Assembly: GCA_051294905.1 (NCBI GenBank)
Contig: CM119372.1
Span: forward strand, 28,026,001 to 28,090,000
Direction: 5' to 3'
Length of the DNA: 64,000 nucleotides
Source of the DNA: Botryllus schlosseri
Lineage: Eukaryota
In this document: positions 25,831-38,000 of the stretch, in pieces
Numbering within the stretch: the stretch's first letter is position 1
How the letters are laid out: the number at the start of each line of letters is the position of its first letter
Translations under genes and position numbers: made by a program
The notes under the pieces: model-generated
Database searches by the model: none
The model's input: the letters and a program-made list of their open reading frames with translations, nothing else
What the model was told of the DNA's origin: nothing

Positions 25831-26035
25831 TTATCCGTTAATGGATATGAATTTGAACTTTGGCTCCGTCGATAAAACTCCAGTCGCCTTTATGATAGAT
25901 GTAGCAGGTGCGTGATGATACTCGACTTTAAAATTTGTCAGGATTTCGATTAACATCAAAAATATCTCTTGCTTGGCAAAGAAACGGCCAGGGCAAGCCC
26001 TAGCGCCTACGCCGAAACCGCTCGTCGTCATGAAT
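25831..26035 (-). CDS. Mito-clan P450 exon 11 (heme motif FGVGARACPG, stop)
   Basis: Acceptor tttacag; 58-bp intron to exon 10; TAA at 25831-25833. Confidence 0.93.
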
Positions 26036-29000
26036 CTGTAAATGATTTAAAAAAAATAATGAATCCCGTTAATTAATGGGATAACTTTGTTACTTTGACT
26101 TGTCTTTATCCAACCATCTTTCCGGTATGCATTCGTGCGGATCTTCGAAGTAGTCTGGGTTCATGTTGCTCGTGCTGTTGATGGTGTTGAGGATGGTGAT
26201 ACCTGAAAAATTTATCCGTTCAAATCGGCTTGCATTTAGCATCCGTCATACAGGCACACATTGATTGTCATGATTCAATTTTTAAATTAATTGGTGGTCA
26301 AAGATACGTCGTCAGTTCGCTAGTTAACACCATCATACTTGTTGATATGGACATAAATAATAGTAGAAATATTGTAATATAATGATATGTTATGTTTGGT
26401 GTCGGTATTCAGAATTTTGAATACAGTAACGGTAAAAAGTGGCAAATGTAAATAATTATATATATCACCGATAATAATAATAATAACGAAAAAAGGTGCA
26501 AACAGCATTGTTGAAAATATCTAGTATAGGCGGAATGTTAGATCGCAGATTGGTAAAAAAGGTGTACCGAGGATCAATGTCGCCTGGCTTCGGTAGCACT
26601 AAGAAATCACGCCAGTCACTCATCGGTGACTCAATTAATCAAAAATGGAACTGATTTCATTTTAGTTTCATAGATTTTTCGATAAAGACTTTGGAGGTTG
26701 ACACGTTTTAGGGTGCACCCGTCACAGTTTATCCCATAAGAACTTCAAAGTTTCTAATTCATAGTTGCCTGCTATTTTATTTAAAATTCATGTACTTTTC
26801 CGGCAGATCGTGTCCGCCGAAAATATTCCCCACGAGAATCGATGAATGGTTTTGAACAGTACGAGATTTGAAATGCGATGGATTCCTTGCTACGTCTCTT
26901 TATCTGATAATGTTTTTGATCATGGATGAAAGTACGAAAAATTCTGCAGGGCGGACATACATCTGTGATTTTCAGACTTATGAATAAGGTATAGTGACTA
27001 TCAGATCTAGTCTGTAGCATATTTTATCCATAGTTATTATGGCGTCAGACTGCGATGGTCCTACCAGAGAGCATGACATATTCTGTTAGAGTGAAGCTGC
27101 CTGGGCCGATGCTTCGCGCAAAATAGATATGGAGTGAACATTGCGTTTTCACATTACACTGGGCAACAACTTTGAACGAAAAATTTGTTGACTTTGATTT
27201 GGCACTTGATTTAGGCCAATTTTAGGGTGCTGATTCCAAAAAGGCCTCAGGTTTTCTTCTATCACGTCAACTTTTTGCTCTATGACATATGCCCAAAATA
27301 TGCAAATTTTCACGAATTTGGCCATACTACTTTTCCATATCATCTAAAAATCCACACTTTTAACATATAATAAGTTATATAGTCAAGGGGCCGATTGAAT
27401 TATGTAGGGAAAAAGTACTTGTATCGATCTAGCCCGATGTTTTCACCCATTTTTGGTCAGAGAATGCAATTATCTGAGGATATTTCACACACATATTTGA
27501 TTCAAACTGCAGGATATGACACGAAAAATAAACATGACATTTACTATCAGCCAATGCCACTTTCAGCTTATTCAGTGTCACCTGAAACTCCTATACGCTC
27601 GATAATTTGGATCAAGATGAAGATTCTAGGGATAGCAGCCCAAATGATGAAAATTTTGAAATCGAAGTTGATTCTGAAAGTAGACATCTTCGGAGCTTTT
27701 AACATCCTTATGAAGTGAGAAAAGATTACTTGGCAAGGTAGAGAAGGTATCTCACTTTCGATCAGGAGAAACAGCCTTTTCTTCGTAGGCCTACTTTTGG
27801 TAGCTCTGTGTATTGCCGTGATACTGGCATTGACATGATACCGTTACCATGGATTACCGGAGGAGTTGGGAATCCCGATTTTCAAGTCAAGTGAATGGCA
27901 AATGCCTATAGGTAGCTCAAAAAAGGATCCTAAAGTGTGCCATTCTCCAAAATGGCAAAGTCTTAGGTGCAGTAACAATTCCACACTCAGTTAGTCTTCG
28001 TGAATAATACAGAAACATTAGGAGTAATACAGAAACATTGAATTGTTGCAATACCACGAGCACGATTGGATCATATGTGTCTGCTTTGAAATATTGTGTT
28101 TTCTAGTGGTTAGACAATAAGGATGCACATGCAACCCTGATACACAGGTGTCACTGCCATATCTTTATGTCGAACAGCAGACATTCAAAAAAGCTAAAAT
28201 ATATTAAAAATTTCCCTAAAAACCTTGACATAGTCAGAGATAGACAAGGAGAAAATGTCCCCAACATCTGAAGATGATGGGGGTATGATACCAGAGTAGA
28301 TTGGAGCTTACTTATTTAAGCTGACTGTTGCTCAAGTATCAAACTAGACAACCTACAGAATAATAGGTTATTAGCGTAAATTTGGACCCTGAAACTCGCA
28401 CTTTATTTGTCATGTAGAAGCAATATTAGTTTAAATCAACCAAATAAAGCAGTGCAAATGTTTATTTGAAGTCTATTGATTCACTTTCGACTGCTTGTGG
28501 TTTTTGAAACGTTTTATACAAGAAGAAAAAAATATTAAAAATAATGCTATTATGTGGGTTTGAGACAATACGGTGGGTACCTAACCCAAAAAATTGACGT
28601 GATAGAGAAAAACGGAAGTCATTTTTGAATTCAGCGCCCAAACGTTAGTAAAAAAAAAATTGTCTGTTCAAAGTCAACAAAAATAGTGTTGAACGGTGTT
28701 ATTACTATTAATATTATTACACACATCAGTGCTACTCTCAGCCTATCCGTCGCTTCTTGCTTCACGACATGACAGTTGTTTTGTACAGTTCAATGCCTTT
28801 TTTCAGGTCTTTCATTTTCTTGCACCCTCTGTCAGGCGCGATTAATTGGTAATTTTTCTGCCGACTTGTAGCTCGGCTCACTGTCATTTCGGAGCTTTTT
28901 AAGTCCCAGCAATTGTAGTGAGGTCGGCGATGAAGAGCCGATATAACCTCCGACACATAGTAGTTGGTTTGAATCGGGATTCGAACAGAGGTGGTCAAAG

Positions 29001-32000
29001 TAGTCAAGAAAGCTACTCAAGTAGAAGTAGAAGTAGCGACGAAAAAATCTACTCAAGTACGAGTAGAAGTACTTCTTCCATGAGCAACCTAAAACTACTT
29101 GAAGTAGAAGTAGAATTGACTGACTTTAAAAGTACTCAAGTAAGTAAGTAGTTGTGAAAACGATCCTAATTCGTTCACATGGATTATAAAAAGGTACAAA
29201 TTGAGCTATGCAAAAGGTGAGGAGCTTGATTCATATTGATGCATACCAGCAGGTATCCAATTTTCGATAGTATAAGCATTCGTCCACATCATGGGATGAA
29301 AATGACAGTATTGATATGGAAATGCGATACTAATCCTCTGTTTACTCAGACAGCACGTTTTAGAAAATATCATGGTATTGCGCACTCCCCCTGATTATAA
29401 GGCCTGTAGCGATTAGTAAACGTTAATAAAAAATATGGTAGACCGTAAAAATGCTATATTGTGTAGCTTCATTTCTGGAAATTGAAGGCATTACTACACT
29501 TGTTTTATACTTCAAGATGTAGGTTATCCAGTCAAAAGAACTGATATCAATCAGAAATCAAAATATATGGTACTGGGAATTGAAAGTGAAATGTATTTAA
29601 TGTCTATAGTAAAGAAAGTTTCGAAGGTTGGTATGCAAAAACAGCTCTAAAACTAAAAAAGTCAGAGTCCACTTTTCCAGATTAGGACACGCCATGGACA
29701 GCTAGATTACGGTATGATAAGTAAATGCTAGATTGCGAAACATCAGTTTCAAACGTTATAAAAGTTATGATATATACTGTGATGAAATATTTGATATGGC
29801 GAAGGGCGACAATGCGGTGCGAATGGAACCACGCCAACCCGCTACCTAAATTATATTCACCTATACTTTCGTGAAATCATACTGGATACTCCGCATTCAC
29901 TGCGCACGAAGCGCGACGAAAATTCTGGGCTGAACTCAACTTTTATGAAAATTAAATGTCGATACTCCGTGAAAACAGCCCCGAAATTTCTCAGGCCTTC
30001 TTCCTGATTGGAGGATTAAACTACTTCTACTTGACAAACTGAAAATAGCGAAAAGTAAGTAAGTAGATCACAAAATATTATGAAGTAGAAGTAGAAGTAG
30101 TAAAATTCAGATCTACTCGAGTAAGTACCAGAAGTAGAGGAAAACTACTTGAGTACTTCGAAAAAGTAGAAGTACTTCGTTACTGACCACCTCTGGATTC
30201 GAACCACTTGCCATCGGTGTCGTGACGTTGGTGCTTAGCCAATTGCACCACTCGCTTCCCTGCGCTTTCACATGATGCGGTCGAAGTTTTACGTTGCTAA
30301 AATTCCATACCTACTGCGGGGAGTATAGATGCAATAAACCAGCTCTCTCCGCCGTCCGTATATGTCAGTTTCCAGCTTTTGACAAACCTTGAGAGCGTAT
30401 TGATGACAGCTTTTCCCGGATACTTACATACTTTAGTAATATTAACACTCACCTAATTCTACTTCTACTTGAAGTAGTTATGCACTACTTCTACTCGTGC
30501 TTGGGTTGAATTTTGAGTCGCTAATTTTATTTCTACTGGAGCAGCTCTCTTGACTACTTTGACCACATCTGTGAATTATTCTAGGCAAAGAGTGGGACTA
30601 AACCAAAAATTATCGTCTGATATCTATCTGTTCGAAATCGAAGCCTACAGTACCGGATACAGTGGTTTTACCTGCAGGAATTCTGTATCCGGAAAGTACA
30701 ATGTCGTGATCGAATTGGCGAGGCAGCCCGTGGGTGAATGGGAGCAATCGGTTAGATTCTTTGAAGAATGCGTTCATATAACTCATACTGTCGATTGCCT
30801 GTAATTACTTGATGGTAATAGAGTTTTAGAACAGGTTGGACGATTCCTTATCGTACCCGTCCCGAAGATATTTGTTCGGGCGTCAACGCCTTGATTTCGC
30901 TGCGAAGCTTGGCTTGTATTTCGCTGTTCATGGCCAAGCAGTATAGGCAAATAGCAAGGGTATTTGCTGTCGCTTCAATTGCACCGAGCAGCACATCCAT
31001 CAAAAGTGATTCCCTTTCCCTGCATACGGTATAGAAATGAATTGATTTTCTGAGTATGGTGACACGGGGAAACACAACACGTGGGACTTGAAAATCGCTA
31101 CATTCGCCACAGCACTGATGCACGAACTAAGTACATGGGATTTTCATACCCCAATTTTTCATGCGCTGCATTGTTTGATTGCAATTAGCGTCATGAATTT
31201 AAACGTACCGCAACGATATAATGCAATATAGCAAATCCGTCGATTCGAGCAAGAAACGCATTTTAGGAATTACAACCGTAGACGTAGACTATATGTTGGC
31301 TGGATGCAAAAATTATTTAGCTACCAACGCGAATGAATTCCATCGTGCTCTATTCCTGCATATAATTTTTGAATGATTCATACGATTTAAAAAAGACTGT
31401 AAAAACTGCTAGACTGTAGTGGTTTTCAATTTTCTCCACATGGTCCTGTGAATAACATATTGATAATGACACAAGTTCTAGCAATGACAACGCTGAACAA
31501 CTGCCAGCCAAGGGGCCAGCTATAGCAACCTAGCAATTAGAAAAACGGTATGTATGAATGCCTATAATCTCCACATCAATTCATCGGGCCAGTTACAGTT
31601 ACAAGTCTCAAATACCTTACTTTCCAAAGCGTTCGATCCTTCCCTATAGTATTAAAACATCTGACATTTTAGGTATGTAAAAAGAACTTCATTTTCGACC
31701 GTCTCCGAGCTCCAGATAAAATTTGGATTAACGGTGACTTATAGGCAGGCCGTGTTATTTTTGGCATTTCGGGAACCAAATGCCAAGACTGCCAAAAATA
31801 AAAACCTTAAAATACCAAAAATAAGGCTATTTGAAGATATAGGTTTTTATGAGAGTTATAGATAGAAAAGTATTGAAATTAGTCTGCACGAAGCGACAAA
31901 ACAAGTGTGTAACGCTAAATTCCCAAATTGAGGTCCGTGAACCCTTCGGAATGCCGCGGCCTACCGTCCAAGGGATCTGTGTAATGCGAATGAAAATCTT

Positions 32001-35000
32001 AAGGTCGGGGCCAAAAAGTCGAGTACTGAAATCTTGGTTTTCATGGATTGATCAACCGAGGTAGTAAATGATATCCAGCGATTAAGAAGAAGATGATATT
32101 TGCCCGCAACAGCAGGGTTTTCTTGGGAATTAGCATATTTCGGTATCCGTGAATGAGAACAGTAATTTTTAGATGCAGCGCAATGACTTGGCATTTTCCT
32201 GTTGTCAGCGCTCGTGCATTTTGTTGCCTCATGTAGCCGACACGCGCGACTCTGGGGCATTCAGCTAAATGCGTACATATAATTTCATTCAATTTGAACT
32301 TGTAAATTAAAATGTCAGCACATGGTGCAATCAGCATTAATAGACTAGCTGTGCCCCGTTGGACAATTTGGATATAGTTTCATCAATTAACAATTGAACA
32401 TACACACACAATGTAAAATGCCCCAGTCGCCAAGAATTAACCCCCATCAATACTTATCATACAGATGCCTACAAACATCCAGTTCCTTACTGTATTTTTG
32501 TTTGCCGGTTGGAAATTTATTCATATCATTTTGAATAATAAAGCCACTCGTGATTTATAACCATTGGTTGGCGAGCGGGGGGCTCCGCGATCCATAACAT
32601 AACATCGTTGGGTCCAATGTCACAGTTCTTTTCGATGTTTATCTTTTTGAAGCCGCGGCCCTTTCTACTAGTTCTTTCCATTCCTTGTGAGTGCTTTCTT
32701 TCGTCAGGTCTTCTTCTGGGCTTTTTCGTCGCCGTAAGAACGGCAACGGCGGGGTAGAGGAGCCCAGATAAACCTCCGACGGGAATCGAACCGGCTTCGC
32801 TTATCGTTACCACTACGCTATCTCCCCCGCCAATCGTGTCAGCAACGATGTTGAATAGGTATCATAATTGGTATTGTGATCTGTGGGAACGCAAGTAGTT
32901 ATGCGCACATATTGAATCGACTATTCGGATTACAGATTTCAGAAGTAGTCGGTTTTGTATTAGGTGAATTGACTCTCCAACACCGTTGTCAATTCGGTTT
33001 TTACTCTCGCCGTCAAAAATGCTGCCAAAAATATAATCTGAAAAATGCCAAAAATAAGCTATCTTTGGCATTTTTAGCATATGCCAAAAATAACATTGCC
33101 TGTCAAGTGTCGATAACTGAGAGGTTGTGTCACATTTTCCAATAGGGACATAGTTTCATCAATGAACAGACATCACGCAAATGGCCTCCAGATATTTACG
33201 TACCATACATACATAATGCATATAGATTCGGTCCTTTCCTAGTTTTTCATTGCCGGGTGGAAAATTTTCATATTGTATTGATTATCAAAGTCACTAGCGA
33301 AGGCTGCGATCCAAACGTGTCAGAAACCCTTTTGAACTGCTATCATAAGTATTTTGACCTGTGTGAATGCCTGCACTTTTGCAAGTATAGTGAATTGACT
33401 ACTAAGAATAGTTATTGCAGAAGCACTCGGCTTTGTATCGGGTATATATAGTCTCTAACATTCGGATTTAAATCTTGCTGTTTGATGACAGAGTGTGGAT
33501 ACTGCATGTTTTGGGACTTCCGTTTCATAGGAGAGACCAAACTGAAACGTTTCTTAAGGTTAATTCGAGCCTATAAATGTGAATTCAAGGCGATGCCAAA
33601 ATTGCCAAAATAAAATCTGAAAAATGCCAAAAATAACGCACCTGCTTATAGGTATAGAGACAACGTCAAATCCCTTTAGGTAGGACCTGCGTATATTCCA
33701 GTGGGTACAGTATTTTCTACTCATAATAATTCAAATATTTCAAAGGTGGTTTGTATATAGTCGGAAATAATTTACCAGACATTTATAAATAAGTTGCTAT
33801 ATTGCCCATAGGGTTGCATTTAAATCAAATGGTTGTTTGAAACAATTTGTTTAAAACATGTTTTAAACATTGTTTTAAACAAAGGCCTTTTAAAAAAATT
33901 GTGTTCTTGTAAGTTGCATAATTATGCCAAAAATTTGTAAATACTTTTCAAAAAACATGCTCCATGAGCCTACGGACGATTACCATCCGATATAGCCGAC
34001 GTATACTATATGCGTATATGGGATGGTTGGAACCCGCGAAATAGTCGGTTCAACAGCTGTAGTACGTAGATATAGAGCATTGGTACGGAATGAATGTTCT
34101 GATGATGATGACCGTCGACCGTAAAAATGCCTCATGACGATGTAGTCCTGGTTAAAGATATTTTTGATCCGTATATGACATGGGTTGGAAGCCTATTTCG
34201 TCAAAGCAGCTATATTTACCCTATATTTCAATCGTCAATACCAATCCACTATGACGTCACAATTTAATATTCGCGACGCCATTGCTTGAAAAAAAACAAA
34301 TAAACAAAAAAACAATAAAAAACATGTTTTAAACAAGGGCCTTGTTTCAAACATGTTGTTTTTAATTGATTTTTGTTTTAAACATAACCCTAATTGCCCA
34401 TAATAATTACAGCTTCAATAAGAGAATCGTCATCAATGAAACAAGAAATAGTGTTATTCGTAAATATACATACTCTTCAGTGAGGGTTTCTATGCTCATG
34501 ATTTCCTCCAGTAAGCTGCCTTTTATGCTCTTTTTCGACATCTGTTCATTTACGATGGTGAGCATGAAGTTTTTCGAATTCAGGAGACATTTCTTCAGGC
34601 CCTGCAGTGTAGAGAAATAGCTTTAATCAGCCAAAAATTCTGAAATATTCATGTAAGCATGTCTATCTGTCGAAATGATTCAGCTGTAAAATTCGCGCTA
34701 CGCAATACAGCATAAGAACTTTTCGGAAATCGCAGCAATAGGTGATAGCAAGACGGAAGAGATTCCAAAGTCTTGGGTACCACCCGCAAGATATGTTCTC
34801 AATTATCTAATGTGCATTTGCCACGCTGCCGGACATGAGCATGCGCATTTACATATAGTAGGGCTTTTCTAGTTCTCGGTCCCAATTTATGTTCAAGTTG
34901 GGTTTTTCGTCTTGTAATGATTTTTTGAGTGGTATTTGTTTTGGGTTGCTTCAACGACTATCGCAAATGCTTCGACCTTCATTGCAGCATACTTTTTATG

Positions 35001-38000
35001 CCAACTAGAAAATTTTCAGCTTTTCAAAATTTGATTATTATAATTAGAATTCTAGCTACACAGGTTTTTCGAAATAAGATTATATTTAGAATTACTGAAT
35101 TCGCGACATCTTGGTATTTGCGTGAAGCTCAGTTCATATCAAATCACAGTCGATTCTTATAAGCATGCGAACGGCAAATTTCTCTAGAATAAACTGAGCT
35201 GGTTTCGCACGATAAAGTTCTCCTGTTGCATTTTCAGGAAGACCAGAAATTAGATTAGAATTAGAGCAATGAAACATTGAACAAATTAGATTAGAATAAC
35301 ATTACCGGCATTTCGCTCTAATTTGGGGGGGGGGCAACCTTTTTGCTATTCACGGCCGCTTCATTTCTATTACTCATGTTGCCTACGGCCGGATTCCAGG
35401 GCACAGTCGTAATGAACTAACTGAACGCCAAATACCTCCCGGTGAACTCTGGAATAAACTATTCATTCATATCGGCTTACTATGCGCACCGAAATCGCCA
35501 GTGGTCGAATTGTCTCTGGGACTCGTTATCAGGGCTGTGGAGTCGGTAAATTTTACCACCGACTCCGGCTCCGACTCCACACATTTTCAATATAGCGACT
35601 CCGACTCCTACTCCTGAGTCTTTAAACGTAACGACTCCGACTTCTTGGTCTTTAAACGTAGCGACTCCGACTCCAACTGTATTACCAATTTACTTCGAAA
35701 ATTATATGCCACACTGTCGGTTGAATGACTATCATACAACCATTAAACATATGCAAACATATGCTTAACGGTGGCATGCAATATTGTTTCATTGTGGCCA
35801 GGGCTTTGGAGCCTGATCCGGAGCCCCGGAGCCGTGTATTTTTACCGGAGCTGGAGCCGGAGCCGGAGCTCTACATAAAATTCAGCCGGAGCCGGAGCTG
35901 GAGCCAGTTATTTGACTGGTGGCTCCAGCTCCGACGTATTTCATAAGATACTATTATATATGCAACAACCATATTTGCTGAGTTCACATAATTCAACAGC
36001 AGGCCTTCGCGAAATTAAGAATCTTTTCCTCTTTGGCGCTTCCTTTTCCGACTAACCGTGTTCCTAGGGATTTAACAGCAGAGCAGTCGTATGTTCAATG
36101 TTCAATTTTCATGCGCTAGTGCCAAACCTCGATATGCGAAATATGCCTGTGAATATTGTGGGTATTCGGCATACCTGCAATTTCATCATCAGCACAACCT
36201 TGTTGGCCAATTGTATGCGGTTCGAAAGTCATGATCACTATGTATTACGCGAAATGGGAGAGAGGATAAAAACGTGATTTCGTTGCACATGTCGATATGA
36301 CGAGCACGAGCCGAGAAATTCCATCTCATCGTTGCTATGAATTGGATGAGCAAATACTCGTTCTTATCGTGATAGTTCTTTATTCGGGCTGCGAAATTGG
36401 ACAGTGTTATTAAGTATGCAATTATGCATGCTAATTGGAATTCATTACAGCGCATCATTGTCATTCACTCAAGTAAGGATTTTCGAGCGTAAATAGGGGA
36501 TGGCAAAAGAATAGCCCAAAACCCCCTGGTGTTTTATGTTGGAGACAAATTACTGATTTGATACGCGATTTCCAATTTGTAATCATCTGTTTCGTAAACT
36601 TGTAAATGTGCAATGTGCAATGTGCAATGTGCAATGTGCAAGTGCATACTGCATACTGCATATAGTTTAAATCGTTATGGGCATGGCGCAATGTGCATGG
36701 CACAGTGTTTAATTCGATTATTCGATTCGTTTCAACGGTAAAATATTTATTCTGATAAACTTGATCGACACCGGATGGACTGGTAGCGAGTGCACCAATA
36801 TCGAACGTCAAACCATTGGTCATTTGGTACAAATCGAATTTCTATTGATCACGTCCTTATATCCGCCCATATTGCTCTTACTACAGTTGCAGTTGAATAA
36901 TAATCGCACATTTAAAGATTGAATTGAGCTGCATTACTTTATGTTACCGAGTATAGTGCCAGTGTTAAAACGCCGCATCAGAACTTTAATGCTGTACACA
37001 GCAATGGCACGGAGTAAAGTGCGTTCTAGTGCAACTGTGATGTTATCGACAATTGACTAAGTATTCATTATGTCGTCACAAGCCGGCAGGCGGCACCTAT
37101 GTCTTCGTCGCTCCATCCGATGTTACTGACGGCTGACAGACGCTAGATTACTATAGATAACTAACCTACGGGTAAATTAGTAATCTATATAGACCAGAGA
37201 TGGCCAACCTTTTCAGCTAAAGGGCCACATGAAATTGACGAACGAGTGCTTTGCCAACTAACCGCGCCAGGCGCGTAAAATTTTCAAAGTGAATTTTATT
37301 ATTACTTGGGTATATTGTGGGTCGACTGTATACCACCCGCTGGGCTCAGTTTGCAAGGACAGGACTATTCGGCATCTGGACATATCGATATCGAAGATTT
37401 CCGCTAATATACGACAATCATTTTGTGCCCCCATTTCATCGTCGACGATCTTTCTGTGAAGGCAAACGCGAATATACTTACTCTCTTAATTGCTAATATA
37501 GTTAGACTCAATCGGCTAAATCTGGCATTTTTTTCATTTTCAGGTGGGGTAGGCTACAGAGAAAGTAATCGTGTGACAATTAAACACACGAAGCGTGAAG
37601 AAAAAGTTTACTACTTTTTTAGTTTATTGTAATGTACGACGATTTACTAAAAATGTGACTTGCTGGACCCTGGGTCTGTCAATGCGTCGGAACTGATATT
37701 TTAGTCATCAACATCCCTAGTGTAGCGGCCATACTAATTATTTTTTTGGTTGGCCTTGCAAGTTCACAATCTGAGCAATTCAATTTCGATAATATAACAG
37801 AATTTCGACAATATAATGGGAAATTAGCTCGCGGGCTCCTCAAAACCTTCTCGCGGGCCACATATGGCCTGTAGGCCGCGGGTTGCCCAATGCCCACCCC
37901 TGATATAGACAGACACCTTCGATGGTTTTCAGAGCCGGAGCCGGAGCAGTAGTAATAATGCGGCTCCGGAGCTGGAGCCGAAGCTAATGTATGATAGAAG

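Noticed and set aside
30196..30260. Possible tRNA genes (also near 25060-25130 and 32780-32828)
   Set aside because: A and B boxes are present, but I could not build a complete cloverleaf and each runs into a shared SINE core.
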